This document shows, in pieces, positions 37,065 to 47,135 of a stretch of 64,000 nt of DNA; the stretch's first letter is position 1; each line of letters begins with the position of its first letter. Location of the stretch: positions 42,461 to 106,460 of the forward strand of contig DASTMO010000078.1 in assembly GCA_035714115.1 (NCBI GenBank), written 5' to 3'. The DNA comes from Alphaproteobacteria bacterium (GTDB lineage Bacteria; Pseudomonadota; Alphaproteobacteria; SMXQ01). A program made the position numbers and the translations under genes. Under the pieces are notes generated by a model. The model saw only the letters and a list, made by a program, of their open reading frames with translations. It did not search any database and was not told where the DNA came from.

Positions 37065-38234
37065 ATGAACATCCCGCACAGCCAGACCGACAGCGCCAGC
37101 GAAGCCCCCCAGACCGGCCACAAGGTCACGCTGGGCGCGCCGACGCCGATGAAGCTCGACAGCGGCCTGGATCTCGGCCCCTTCACGCTCGCCTACCAGA
37201 CCTACGGCAGCCTGAACGCCGACAAGTCGAATGCCATCCTGGTCTGCCACGCGCTGACCGGCGACCAGTTCGCCGCCGGCCGCCATCCGGTGACCGGCAA
37301 GCGCGGCTGGTGGGACAACGCCATCGGTCCGGGCAAGCCGCTCGACACCGACAAATATTTCATCATCTGCTCGAACATCCTCGGCGCCTGCATGGGCACC
37401 ATCGGGCCGAAAGAGATCGACCCCGCGAGCGGCAAGCCTTACGCCCTCGCCTTCCCGGTCATCACCATCGGCGACATGGTGAAAGCGCAAAAGCTGCTGA
37501 TCGACCATCTCGGCATCGACCAGCTGTTCTGCGTCGTCGGCGGCTCGATGGGCGGCATGCAGGTGCTCGACTGGGTCGCGCGCTATCCCGACCGCATGTT
37601 CGCCGCGGTGCCGATCGCCACGGCGGCGCGCTGCTCGGCGCAGAACATCGCCTTCCACGAAGTCGGTCGCCAGGCGATCATGGCCGATCCGGAATGGCGC
37701 GACGGCGACTATCTGGCGCAGAACACGCGGCCGGAACGTGGCCTCGCGGTCGCGCGCATGAGCGCGCATATCACCTACCTCTCGGAAGCGGCGCTGCACC
37801 GCAAGTTCGGCCGCGCCCTGCAGGACCGCAAAGCCGTGACCTACGGCTTCGACGCCGACTTCCAGGTGGAAAGCTATCTGCGCCACCAGGGCACGACCTT
37901 CGTCGACCGCTTCGACGCGAACTCCTACCTCTACATCACGCGCGCCATCGACTATTTCGACCTGGCGAGCGAGCACGGCTCCATCGCCGAGGCCTTCAAG
38001 GGCACCAAGGTGCGCTTCTGCGTGCTCTCGTTCTCGAGCGACTGGATGTTCCCGACCTATGAAAGCCGCGCTTTGGTGCACGGCCTCAACGCCGCGGCTG
38101 CCAACGTCAGCTTCGTCGAGATCCAGACCGACCAGGGCCACGACTCGTTCCTGCTCGACATTCCCGACTACCACCGCACCTTGACCGGCTTCCTCAACGG
38201 CGCGGCCGCTCACCGGGGATTGATCCGCAAATGA
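37065..38234 (+). CDS. metX: Homoserine O-acetyltransferase
   Basis: 389 aa alpha/beta hydrolase. GGSMGGM nucleophile elbow and the MetX-specific N-terminus. Confidence 0.9.
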   Translation: MNIPHSQTDSASEAPQTGHKVTLGAPTPMKLDSGLDLGPFTLAYQTYGSLNADKSNAILVCHALTGDQFAAGRHPVTGKRGWWDNAIGPGKPLDTDKYFIICSNILGACMGTIGPKEIDPASGKPYALAFPVITIGDMVKAQKLLIDHLGIDQLFCVVGGSMGGMQVLDWVARYPDRMFAAVPIATAARCSAQNIAFHEVGRQAIMADPEWRDGDYLAQNTRPERGLAVARMSAHITYLSEAALHRKFGRALQDRKAVTYGFDADFQVESYLRHQGTTFVDRFDANSYLYITRAIDYFDLASEHGSIAEAFKGTKVRFCVLSFSSDWMFPTYESRALVHGLNAAAANVSFVEIQTDQGHDSFLLDIPDYHRTLTGFLNGAAAHRGLIRK

Positions 38235-38860
38235 CCGCTCCGAGCGCGCTGATCTCGAACGGCCGCATCCGCGCCGACCTGCTGATCGTCGCCGATCTGG
38301 TGAGCAACGGCACGCGCGTGCTCGACGTCGGCTGCGGCGAAGGCGCGCTTCTGCGCCATCTCGCCGACACCAAGAATGTCGATGCACGCGGCATCGAGCT
38401 GCGCCAGGAAGGCGTGAATGCCTGCGTGCAGCAGGGCTTGTCGGTGATCCAGGGCAACGCCGAGACGGACCTGAAAGACTATCCGTCCGACGCTTTCGAT
38501 TATGTGATCCTGAGCCAGGCGCTGCAGGCGATGCGCGATCCGCGCGGTACGCTGGTCGAATTGCTGCGCATCGGCAAGAACGCCATCATCTCGTTCGACA
38601 ATTTCGGCCATTGGGCGATGCGCCTGAGCCTCTTGCTGAACGGCCGCATGCCGGTCGCCGACGCACCGCGCCACACTTGGTACGACACCGGCACCATCCG
38701 CCCCTGCACCATCGGCGATTTCCTGACCCTGTGCGGCGATCTCGGCATCGAGCCCGAGCGCTTCTTCACCGTGCATGACAACGGGCGCACGCGCGAAGTG
38801 TCGCCGAGCAGCTGGCGCGCCCGACTCACCGCGCGTCAGGCCGTCTTTCTGCTGAAATAG
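38231..38860 (+). CDS. metW: Methionine biosynthesis protein MetW
   Basis: 209 aa with SAM-MTase-like fold motif [12 protein letters not shown]. 4-bp overlap with metX. Confidence 0.85.
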   Translation: MTAPSALISNGRIRADLLIVADLVSNGTRVLDVGCGEGALLRHLADTKNVDARGIELRQEGVNACVQQGLSVIQGNAETDLKDYPSDAFDYVILSQALQAMRDPRGTLVELLRIGKNAIISFDNFGHWAMRLSLLLNGRMPVADAPRHTWYDTGTIRPCTIGDFLTLCGDLGIEPERFFTVHDNGRTREVSPSSWRARLTARQAVFLLK

Positions 38861-39599
38861 CTTCGCGGCGCTGCCCGCCATCGGACAGCGGCGCCAGCAC
38901 CCGCGATTTGCGGCGCGCCTTCGCCGGCTCGGCGATCGCCGTCGGCGCGTAGATCTGTTTCACCGCCTCGATCATCACCACGCCCGCCAGGCTGGGAAAC
39001 CAGCGCAGGCCGAGCTTTTCCCACGCCGGCGCGGAGGCGATCATCATGCGCGACTGGCTCGGCGGCACGAACAGCGCGCCGGTGGTGACAATCGGCGTGA
39101 AGAGCGAATCGCGCAGCAGGCGCGAGAGCTGCGTCGCGCTGTAAGGCAAGCCCTGGCCGAACGGCGTGCGGTCGAGCTGCGCCCACAGGCCGCGCCGGTT
39201 CGGCACCACCACGATCATGCGCCCGCCCGCCGCCAGCACACGCCAGGCCTCGCGCAGCATCTGGCGCAGCTGCTCGGTCTGCTCGACGGCATGGACCAGA
39301 AGCACGCGATCCATCGACAGATCGGGCAGCGGCAGTTCCGCTTCGTCGGCGAGCAGCGCCACATTGCCGCTGGCGGCCGGCCAGGGCAGCACCCCTTGCG
39401 CCGGCGGCATGGCCGCGATCACCCGCTCGGCCTCGTCCATGAAAGGGCGCAGATAAGGCACGGCGTAACCGACGCCGAGGACGCGCTGGCCCTGCACATC
39501 CGGCCAAATCTCGCGCAGGCGGCGGCGCAGCATGCGGCTCACCGCCTGGCCGAGGCTGGTGGCGTAGAAATCGCGCAGGTCGATGACATCGGTCCACAT
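38826..39599 (-). CDS. Class I SAM-dependent methyltransferase
   Basis: 257 aa. VLGVGYAVPYL and LAAGGRMIVVVPN motifs. Divergent from gloB. Confidence 0.65.
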   Translation of the reverse strand: MWTDVIDLRDFYATSLGQAVSRMLRRRLREIWPDVQGQRVLGVGYAVPYLRPFMDEAERVIAAMPPAQGVLPWPAASGNVALLADEAELPLPDLSMDRVLLVHAVEQTEQLRQMLREAWRVLAAGGRMIVVVPNRRGLWAQLDRTPFGQGLPYSATQLSRLLRDSLFTPIVTTGALFVPPSQSRMMIASAPAWEKLGLRWFPSLAGVVMIEAVKQIYAPTAIAEPAKARRKSRVLAPLSDGGQRREAISAERRPDAR

Positions 39600-39619
39600 G
39601 GCGGAAATGTAGCATAGCC

Positions 39620-40411
39620 ATGGCGGAGTGCTATTCTTGCGCCATGCTCGACATCCGCCGCATCCCCGCCCTCACCGACAATTATCTCTGGCTCGTCCGC
39701 GAGCCGAAAAGCGGCCTTGTCGCCGTGGTCGATCCGGCCGAGGCCGCGCCCGTCGAGGCCGCGCTCGCCACAATGGGGTGGAAGCTGACGCATATCCTCA
39801 ACACGCATCACCATAAGGATCATGTCGGCGGCAATCTGGCGCTGAAGGAAAAATGGGGCTGCCATATCGTCGGCCCCGCCGCCGATGCCGAGCGCATTCC
39901 CGGCATCGACGAAGAGGTCGGCGACGGCGAGACCTGGCGCCTCGGCGAGGAAAGCTACGAGGTGTTCGACGTGCCGGGCCATACGCGCGGCCATATCGCC
40001 TACTGGTTTCCCGACAGCGACGCGCTCTTTTGCGGCGACACCCTGTTCGCGCTCGGTTGCGGCCGCCTGTTCGAAGGCACGCCGGAGCAGATGTGGCGCT
40101 CGCTCGGCAAGTTCGACGTGATGCCCGACGAGACGCGCGTGTTCTGCGCCCATGAATATACCCAGGCCAATGCGCGCTTCGCCCTGACGGTCGACGGCGG
40201 CAACGCAGCGCTCATCGCGCGCGCCAAGGCGGTGGACGAGGCCCGCGCCAAAGGCGAGGCCACGGTGCCGTCGACGCTCGGCGAGGAACGCGCCACCAAC
40301 CCCTTCCTGCGCGCCGACGATCCGGACCTCGCCCGCAATCTCGGCCTGGATCCGCGCGATCCGGTCGCCGTCTTCGCCGAAGTGCGCGGCCGCAAAGACC
40401 AGTTCAAATAA
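39620..40411 (+). CDS. gloB: Hydroxyacylglutathione hydrolase (glyoxalase II)
   Basis: THHHKDHVGGN metallo-beta-lactamase motif. Start may be the internal Met (MLDIRRIP) at 39644. Confidence 0.8.
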   Translation: MAECYSCAMLDIRRIPALTDNYLWLVREPKSGLVAVVDPAEAAPVEAALATMGWKLTHILNTHHHKDHVGGNLALKEKWGCHIVGPAADAERIPGIDEEVGDGETWRLGEESYEVFDVPGHTRGHIAYWFPDSDALFCGDTLFALGCGRLFEGTPEQMWRSLGKFDVMPDETRVFCAHEYTQANARFALTVDGGNAALIARAKAVDEARAKGEATVPSTLGEERATNPFLRADDPDLARNLGLDPRDPVAVFAEVRGRKDQFK

Positions 40412-40431
40412 AACAAAGGGGGAGAAGCACC

Positions 40432-41031
40432 GTGAAGCTGTTCTATTCGCCGTCGTCGCCTTATGTGCGCATGGTTCATGCCGTGGCCATCCTGAAAGGG
40501 CTGGACGACAAGGTCGAGAAAATGCCGGCCCGCGCGCCGGGCATGGACCTCGACAAGCGCAACCCGCTCAACAAAGTGCCGACGCTGATCACCGACGAAG
40601 GCGAGACGCTGATCGAATCGAAACTGATCTGCCAATATCTCGACGAGATCGGCCAGGGCGCGCCGCTCTACGGCCACGAGCCGACCATGCGCCGGCGCGT
40701 GCTGCAGCAGGAAGCCCTCGGCCATGGCGTGCTCGACGCCGCCGTGCTCTGCCGCATGGAAGAGCGCATGCGCAAGCCGGAGATGCGCTCGGCCGAATGG
40801 CTGGAGCGCCAGACCAAGAAGCTGGAGCTCGGCTTCGCGGCGATCGAAGAGGTCGTCGGCCGCCTCGGCCCAAGCCTCGGCATCGCTCATATCACCTACG
40901 CCTGCGCCCTCTTCTTCATCGAGCAGCACAAGATCTTCGACTGGCGCGGCAAATATCCCAAGCTCGCCGCCTGGTACGACAAGGTGCGCCAGGATCCGAC
41001 GCTCGTCGCCACAGAGCCGAAGCCGGCGTGA
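40432..41031 (+). CDS. Glutathione S-transferase family protein
   Basis: 199 aa. SPSSPYVRMV N-terminal GST thioredoxin-like motif. Confidence 0.75.
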   Translation: MKLFYSPSSPYVRMVHAVAILKGLDDKVEKMPARAPGMDLDKRNPLNKVPTLITDEGETLIESKLICQYLDEIGQGAPLYGHEPTMRRRVLQQEALGHGVLDAAVLCRMEERMRKPEMRSAEWLERQTKKLELGFAAIEEVVGRLGPSLGIAHITYACALFFIEQHKIFDWRGKYPKLAAWYDKVRQDPTLVATEPKPA

Positions 41032-41033
41032 AC

Positions 41034-41447
41034 ATGAGCGAGGCCGACCAGATTATCGCTGCGCTCGGCCTCGCGCCCCATCCTGAAGGCGGATATTTCC
41101 GCGAGACCTGGCGAGATGAAGCGCAACCGCGCGGCCATGGCACGGCAATTTATTATCTGCTGAAGGCAGGGGAAATCTCGCGCTGGCACCGCGTCGATGC
41201 CGCCGAAATCTGGCATTACTACGCCGGCGCAGCCCTGGCGCTCTCCATCGCCGCACCCGACGCCGAAGCCGCGACGCATAAGCTCGGGCCGGACATTCTC
41301 GACGGCGAGCAGCCGCAAATCCTCGTGCCGCCGCATCATTGGCAAAGCGCGCGAAGCCTCGGCGATTGGACGCTGGTCGGCTGCACCGTCTCGCCGGCCT
41401 TCGAGTTCGCCGGCTTCGAGATCGCCGCTAAGGATTGGAATCCTTGA
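41034..41447 (+). CDS. Cupin (DUF985-like) protein
   Basis: ATG 41034 (MSEADQIIAAL) in frame within the 40797..41447 ORF. HPEGGYFRETW is typical of the DUF985 cupin family. Confidence 0.6.
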   Translation: MSEADQIIAALGLAPHPEGGYFRETWRDEAQPRGHGTAIYYLLKAGEISRWHRVDAAEIWHYYAGAALALSIAAPDAEAATHKLGPDILDGEQPQILVPPHHWQSARSLGDWTLVGCTVSPAFEFAGFEIAAKDWNP

Positions 41448-43203
41448 GGCACCATTCGCGCCACAGCGCGCGATAGGCCGACTCAAGTGAGCGCGTGAAG
41501 CCCGCCGCATCCATCAAGGGCGAGGCCGACATGCGCGCGCGCATGCCGCCGCGCAACTCCGCCAATCTCGAACGATCGGCGGCGAGCTTTGCAGCGATAG
41601 CGACATAGTCATCGGCTGTTTGCGCCACCAAATCGCCGAGACCGATGCGCGTCATGAGGCTGGCGCCGACGCGGGCGCAATGGCGGTCGCCCGCCAGCGT
41701 CACCACCGGCACGCCCATCCACAGCGCCTCGCAGGTCGTCGTTGTGCCGTTGTAGGGCAGGCTGTCGAGCGCGACGTCCATCTCGTTATAGAGCGCCATA
41801 TGGCCGCCGTAGCCGCGCACCCGCCCGGCGAAGCCGAGACGTGCCGGATCGATGCCGGCGATGGCGAAGCGCGCCACCACGCCCTGACGCACCTCCGGAT
41901 CGTCGAGGCCGCGGGCCTTCAACAACAGGCGCGAATCCGGCACGGCGAGCAGCAGCTGCGCCCAAAGATCGAGCGTCTCGTCCGAGAGTTTCGGCAGATT
42001 GTTGAAACTGCCGAAGGTGACCGGCCCCGCCGGGCGCGCGGCGACATCCGGCGCGCCCTCGCCCGGCGCGTAGCAGAGAAAGCCGTTCGACAGACGGACG
42101 AGCTTCTCCGTCGCGAAAGCCTCATATCCATCAGGATCGGCGATGGCGTCGGTCAACCGCGCGCCCATCGTGGCGAGACCCGTCGTGTCGGGATAGCCGA
42201 GCCAAGTCACCTGCACCGGCGCAGGCTTGCGCGCGAAGACGCCGAGCCGGTTGCCGGCGGTGTGGCCGGCGAGATCGACCAGGATGTCGATGCCGTCATG
42301 ACGGATCGCCTCGGCGAGCGAGGCGTCGTTCAGCTCGCGCGCATCGCGCCAATGGGCCACCGAGGCGCGCAGCTTGGCGGTGACCGCGTCCGGCTTGGCG
42401 ACATCGGAGTAAGCATAAATCTCGACCGCCGCCGGATCATGCGCCGGCAAGACGCGCGACAGGAAGAAGGCGACCGAATGCATGTGGAAATCGGGCGAGA
42501 CATAGCCGATACGCAAGCGCCGCGCCGGATCGCGTTCGTTGCCATGCGGCGACGCTGCGGGCAATCGTGCGGCGTAAGCCGCGGCTGCGGCGCGCTGCAG
42601 CTCGAACAACTCAAGCCGGTCGGTCATCACGTAATGCGACGAAAGCGCTAGCGTCGACAGCGACGACAGGGCGTTGGGATCGCGCCGTACGGCTTCGCGA
42701 TGGGCGGCCAGGCCTTCGCTCACTTGGCGGGCGTCGATCAATGCCGAGCCCAGCCGCCCGAGCAACGATGCGGAGCTCGGCTCGAGCGCCAGCGCCTTGC
42801 GGCGCGCCGCCACCGCTTCGCTCAGCTTCTCGCGCTGGCGCAGCAGGCTGGCCAGCACCTGCCAGGCCTTCCCGTATTGCGGCGCCAGCGCCACGGCGCG
42901 GCGCAGCAGCGGCTCGGCCTCGATGATTTCGCCGCGTTCGCGGTGGATGTTGGCGAGATTGACCATGAAGTCGGGCTGACGCGGATTGCGCTCGATGGCG
43001 CGCGCCATCAAGGCAACGCCTTCATCGCCCTGACCCGCTTTGCACAAAGCGATGCCGAGCACATGGAGGATGTCGGCATTCTCCGGCTCGGCGGCCAGCA
43101 GCGGCTTCAGACGCACCGCCGCATCGGCGGCATCGCCGCGCTGCAACGCCGCGAGCGCCTGCTGGAAACTCGCCTTGAACGCCGGCCCTGTCGCCAAGAT
43201 CAA
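41428..43203 (-). CDS. TPR-repeat protein with C-terminal O-GlcNAc-transferase-like (GT41) domain
   Basis: 591 aa. N-terminal TPRs, then a C-terminal domain with MGVPVVTLAGDRHCARVGASLMTRIGL, as in SPINDLY/OGT-like bacterial proteins. Confidence 0.75.
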   Translation of the reverse strand: MILATGPAFKASFQQALAALQRGDAADAAVRLKPLLAAEPENADILHVLGIALCKAGQGDEGVALMARAIERNPRQPDFMVNLANIHRERGEIIEAEPLLRRAVALAPQYGKAWQVLASLLRQREKLSEAVAARRKALALEPSSASLLGRLGSALIDARQVSEGLAAHREAVRRDPNALSSLSTLALSSHYVMTDRLELFELQRAAAAAYAARLPAASPHGNERDPARRLRIGYVSPDFHMHSVAFFLSRVLPAHDPAAVEIYAYSDVAKPDAVTAKLRASVAHWRDARELNDASLAEAIRHDGIDILVDLAGHTAGNRLGVFARKPAPVQVTWLGYPDTTGLATMGARLTDAIADPDGYEAFATEKLVRLSNGFLCYAPGEGAPDVAARPAGPVTFGSFNNLPKLSDETLDLWAQLLLAVPDSRLLLKARGLDDPEVRQGVVARFAIAGIDPARLGFAGRVRGYGGHMALYNEMDVALDSLPYNGTTTTCEALWMGVPVVTLAGDRHCARVGASLMTRIGLGDLVAQTADDYVAIAAKLAADRSRLAELRGGMRARMSASPLMDAAGFTRSLESAYRALWREWCLKDSNP

Positions 43204-43922
43204 TACATATGCTGGCCGCCGTTCACCGACAGGGTCGAGCCGGTGATGAAGCCGGCGTCGTCGGCGACGAGGAACAGCACGGCGCGGGCAATTTCATCGG
43301 CGCGGCCCAGACGGCCGACCGGAATGCGCGCGACGATCTTTTCAAGCACGTTGGGCGGCACGGCGCGCACCATGTCGGTGTCGATATAGCCCGGCGCGAT
43401 GGCGTTGACGGTGACGTTCTTCGCCGCGCCTTCCTGGGCCAAGGCTTTGGTGAAGCCGTGGATGCCCGATTTGGCGGCGGCGTAGTTCACCTGGCCATAT
43501 TGGCCGGCCTGACCGTTGATCGAGCCGATGTTGACGATGCGGCCGAAGCTGCGCTCGCGCATGCCGTCGATCACGACGCGCGACATATTGAAGCAGGAGC
43601 CGAGATTGGTGTCGATCACCGCCTGCCAATTCTCCGGCGTCATCTTCACCATGGTGGCATCGCGCGTGATGCCGGCATTGTTGACCAGCACATCGACCGG
43701 CCCCAATTCGGCGACGATCTTGGCGACACCGGCCTGGCATTCGGGAAATTTCGCCACATCCCATTTGTAGGAGGAGATGCCGGTCTCCTTGGTGAAGGCC
43801 GCCGCCGCTTCGTCGTTGCCGGCGTAGACCGCCGCCACCTTATAGCCAGCGTTCTTGAGGGCCAGCGAAATCGCGCCGCCGATACCCCGCGTGCCGCCCG
43901 TCACCACCGCAATGCGCGCCAT
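43200..43922 (-). CDS. phaB: Acetoacetyl-CoA reductase
   Basis: 240 aa SDR. VTGGTRGIG and YAAAK motifs. 4-bp overlap with the upstream ORF. Confidence 0.9.
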   Translation of the reverse strand: MARIAVVTGGTRGIGGAISLALKNAGYKVAAVYAGNDEAAAAFTKETGISSYKWDVAKFPECQAGVAKIVAELGPVDVLVNNAGITRDATMVKMTPENWQAVIDTNLGSCFNMSRVVIDGMRERSFGRIVNIGSINGQAGQYGQVNYAAAKSGIHGFTKALAQEGAAKNVTVNAIAPGYIDTDMVRAVPPNVLEKIVARIPVGRLGRADEIARAVLFLVADDAGFITGSTLSVNGGQHMY

Positions 43923-43979
43923 GTTCCGATGCTCCGTGAAACGTCCCTGTTGAACCGAGGCTCCTGCGAGCCTTTTTAT

Positions 43980-45152
43980 TTAGCGCTCGACGCAGATGGC
44001 GATGCCCATGCCGCCGCCGATGCAGAGCGTGGCGAGGCCTTTCTTGGCGTCGCGCTTCTGCATCTCATGCAGCAGCGACACCAGGATGCGCGTGCCCGAT
44101 GCACCGATCGGATGGCCGAGCGCGATGGCGCCGCCGTTGACATTCACCTTCGCCGGATCCCAGCCGAGATCCTTGTTCACCGCGCAGGCCTGCGCCGCGA
44201 AGGCCTCGTTGGCCTCGATCAGGTCGAGATCGCCGATTTTCCAACCGGCCTTTTCCAGCGCGCGCTTGGTCGCCGGGATCGGGCCGGAGCCCATCACCGC
44301 CGGATCGACGCCGGCCTGCGCCCAGGCGCGGATCACTGCGAGCGGCTTGACGCCACGCTTGGCAGCATCGCTATCGCTCATCAGCACCACCGCGGCGGCG
44401 CCGTCGTTGATGCCCGAGGCGTTGCCCGCCGTCACCGTGCCGTCCTTGTTGAAGGCCGGACGCAGCTTGCCGAGCGTGTCGATGGTGGTGCCATGGCGCG
44501 GGAACTCGTCGACGGCGAAAATCTCCTCGCCTTTGCGCGAGACCAGGGTGATCGGCAGGATCTCATCCTTGAAACGGTCGGCCTTCTGCGCCGCTTCGGC
44601 CTTCTGCTGGCTGGCAGCGGCGAAAGCGTCCTGATCGGCGCGGCTGATCTGCCATTTGGCGGCGACATTCTCCGCCGTGATGCCCATGTGATAGCCGTTG
44701 AAGGCATCCCACAGGCCGTCGCGGATCATGCTGTCGACGAACGACAGATCGCCCATCTTCTGGCCGTTGCGCAAATGCGCGACATGGGGCGCGAGGCTCA
44801 TGTTCTCCTGGCCGCCGGCGACGACGATCGACGCGTCGCCGCTGCGGATCGCCTGAAAGCCGAGCGCGACGGATTTGATGCCCGAGCCGCAGACATGATT
44901 GACCCCGTAGGCCGGCACGCCGTCAGGCAGGCCCGCCTTGATGCTCGCCTGACGCGCCGGGTTTTGGCCTTGGCCGGCCGTCAGCACCTGGCCGAGGACG
45001 ACCTCAGAGACTTCCTCTGGCGCAGTCTTGGCGCGCGTCAGCGCCTCGGCGATCACCTTGGCGCCGAGCTCATGAGCCGGCAGGGCCGACAATTTGCCGG
45101 AGAAGGCGCCGATGGCCGTGCGAACGGCGCCGGCGATAACGATGTCGGCCAT
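43980..45152 (-). CDS. phaA: Acetyl-CoA acetyltransferase (beta-ketothiolase)
   Basis: Start at [17 protein letters not shown]. Thiolase motifs NHVCGSGIK and GGGMGIA. Confidence 0.9.
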   Translation of the reverse strand: MADIVIAGAVRTAIGAFSGKLSALPAHELGAKVIAEALTRAKTAPEEVSEVVLGQVLTAGQGQNPARQASIKAGLPDGVPAYGVNHVCGSGIKSVALGFQAIRSGDASIVVAGGQENMSLAPHVAHLRNGQKMGDLSFVDSMIRDGLWDAFNGYHMGITAENVAAKWQISRADQDAFAAASQQKAEAAQKADRFKDEILPITLVSRKGEEIFAVDEFPRHGTTIDTLGKLRPAFNKDGTVTAGNASGINDGAAAVVLMSDSDAAKRGVKPLAVIRAWAQAGVDPAVMGSGPIPATKRALEKAGWKIGDLDLIEANEAFAAQACAVNKDLGWDPAKVNVNGGAIALGHPIGASGTRILVSLLHEMQKRDAKKGLATLCIGGGMGIAICVER

Positions 45153-45315
45153 GAAAACCTCCTGGGGCGCGGCGAGACAAAGATTGCGAACCGCCAGTTT
45201 AGAAGAGCGCGCGGCGGACACAAGACGATCGCGCATTGCGCGCGCTTTCGTGACGCGCGAATGACAAGCTTGTCCAAGCCATTTGCCTAAGCCGCAGGCA
45301 TGTTGCGACGCGGTG

Positions 45316-46674
45316 TCAGCGGCGTTTGGTTGCGGGCGTCTTGCGAGCGGGAGCCTTCTTGGCCGGCGTTTTCTTGGCCGGCGTTTTCTTGGCCGGCGCC
45401 TTCGCGGTTTTCGTCTTCGGCGTCATGCCGTCGAGCCAGTCGGCCAGCGGCTCCCAGCTTTGCGCGCGAGCCTGACGGCCGACGATCATCGCCACATGGC
45501 CGCTCGGCACCTTGACCGCCGTCGCCTTCGGCAAGGCAGCGGCGAGGGCCGCCGAAGAGGCCAGCGGCACGATCTTGTCCTGCTGCGGCATCAGCAAAAG
45601 CGCCGGCTTGTCGCAGCGCGCAGGATCGATCGTCTCGCCGGCGACGCGCCAGGCGCCGTTCATCGGCGCGTTCTGGCCGTACCAGCCGACGAGGCATTCG
45701 GCGGCGACCTTGGCGGCGAGCGGCACGCCATCGTTCACCCAATCTTCCAGCGCGACGAACAATTCGCCGTTTTCTCCGGCCTGTTGGCTCTTGGCGAAGG
45801 CGCGGTATTTGCGCCCGACCAGATAGGGATCGAGGCTGGCGAACATGGCCTGCAGCAGATCGACGGGAAATTCCGCCAAACTTGCGAAGGCCGCCGTCAA
45901 CGTCGCCGCATTGGCGGCATCGAGCGGCGCTTGGATCGGCGCGCCCTCCGCCTGGAAATCCCAGGGCGTCGCCAGCAATGCAAGCGCCGAGACCTTGTTC
46001 GGATGCAGCTGCGCCAAGGCCAAAGCGAGATTGCCGCCCATGCAATAGCCGATCACCGCCAGAGGCTTGCCCGCAGCTTTCGCCGCTGCGTCGAGCGCGC
46101 CCGCCAATCGCCCGGCGATGTAGTCGGTGAGATCGAAGCCGCGCTCGATCTCGCCCGGCGCGTCCCAATCGACCAGCAACGGGCGATGGCCGCGCGCGGC
46201 GAGATAGCGCAGCAAGCTGGTCTTGCCGGTGAGGTCGAGCACATGGCCGCGATTGACCAGCGACGGCACGACGAGAACCGTCGAACCCGTATTGCGCGTC
46301 CCGTAATCGAGCAGGCGCGTTGTGCCCTCGCGCCAGAGGACCGGCGGCTCTTTCAGCGAGCGGCGATAGGGATGGGCGCGATAGGCCGAGACGCCGGCGG
46401 CGAATTCGAGAAAGCGGTCTTCGCCGGCATGATCGACGGCGGCGGCAAGATCGTCACCGCTTACCGCGCCGAGAGCCTTTTGCAGCGCTGCCGCCTCGGC
46501 GGCGAGCGGCGCCGGCCAGGGAAAGCCGCCGCTGGCGATCAGCGGCAGAGCGGCGCGCAGGCTTGCCCAAGCCGTTCCCGCGCTCGCCAGATGCAGCGCC
46601 AGCGGGCGCGGACCCAGCCGATGCGCTGCCCGGCTGGGCTTTGGGCTTTTCTTCTGTGCGGGACGGCGCGCCAT
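45316..46674 (-). CDS. phaC: Poly(3-hydroxyalkanoate) synthase PhaC (catalytic core; N-terminus apparently displaced into another frame), with C-terminal lysine-rich AKP-repeat tail
   Basis: Lipase box with Cys nucleophile ([11 protein letters not shown]). LIASGG and [13 protein letters not shown] match the LIESGG and PPCINKYYILDL motifs as I recall them from Cupriavidus necator (Ralstonia eutropha) PhaC, i.e. alignment against a remembered, not searched, reference. Asp/His downstream. Tail is [26 protein letters not shown]. Confidence 0.7.
   Translation of the reverse strand: MARRPAQKKSPKPSRAAHRLGPRPLALHLASAGTAWASLRAALPLIASGGFPWPAPLAAEAAALQKALGAVSGDDLAAAVDHAGEDRFLEFAAGVSAYRAHPYRRSLKEPPVLWREGTTRLLDYGTRNTGSTVLVVPSLVNRGHVLDLTGKTSLLRYLAARGHRPLLVDWDAPGEIERGFDLTDYIAGRLAGALDAAAKAAGKPLAVIGYCMGGNLALALAQLHPNKVSALALLATPWDFQAEGAPIQAPLDAANAATLTAAFASLAEFPVDLLQAMFASLDPYLVGRKYRAFAKSQQAGENGELFVALEDWVNDGVPLAAKVAAECLVGWYGQNAPMNGAWRVAGETIDPARCDKPALLLMPQQDKIVPLASSAALAAALPKATAVKVPSGHVAMIVGRQARAQSWEPLADWLDGMTPKTKTAKAPAKKTPAKKTPAKKAPARKTPATKRR
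45354..45405 (-). repeat. 15-bp tandem DNA repeat (ggccggcgttttctt, about 3 copies) encoding the PAKKT repeats of the PhaC tail
   Basis: Direct repeats visible at 45361-45405. Confidence 0.5.
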
Positions 46675-46675
46675 G

Positions 46676-46954
46676 GGACGGGACAGAACCTGCGAATGGA
46701 GGCTGCGACAGCGCCGCGAGACTATGGCCTGCGGCGGCGACGAACCAGAGCTTCAGGGCATCCAGCGCCGCGCCGGACATGGAGCCGGACAGGACGCCGG
46801 TCACGGCAGCCAAATCGGGGGCATCCTGTCCCGGCGACGCGCTTTTTGCGGCAAACGCGAAGGCCGCCTGACGCTCCCAAAGATCGAAAAGAGCTTTCGC
46901 AAATGCGGCGATTTCGCCGTTTTGGCCGCCTTTTTCGCCCGATTCGTCGCTCAT
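46676..46954 (-). other. ORF likely encoding the displaced N-terminal ~93 aa of phaC (the frame changes near 46675), alternatively a separate small gene
   Basis: In ORF 46454..46954 the translation looks protein-like only up to about 46676, exactly where the phaC-core ORF starts in the +1 frame. 93 aa plus the core would restore a class-I-length PhaC. Confidence 0.3.
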
Positions 46955-47135
46955 TTGCCAAGTTTATCAGTGTGCCGAGCCATTCGCCAGGACGATGCCG
47001 CGGCGCAGCGAAAGCTTGCGCGATGCAGCATTTTCACGCCATCTTGAAGGCTGTTCGACCGGGGAAGCGTCCAGAGAGCCCGCGCCGGTCCCAGGTTTCA
47101 CTCTGTGATTTCACGCAGCGCCCGAGGACGATCCC

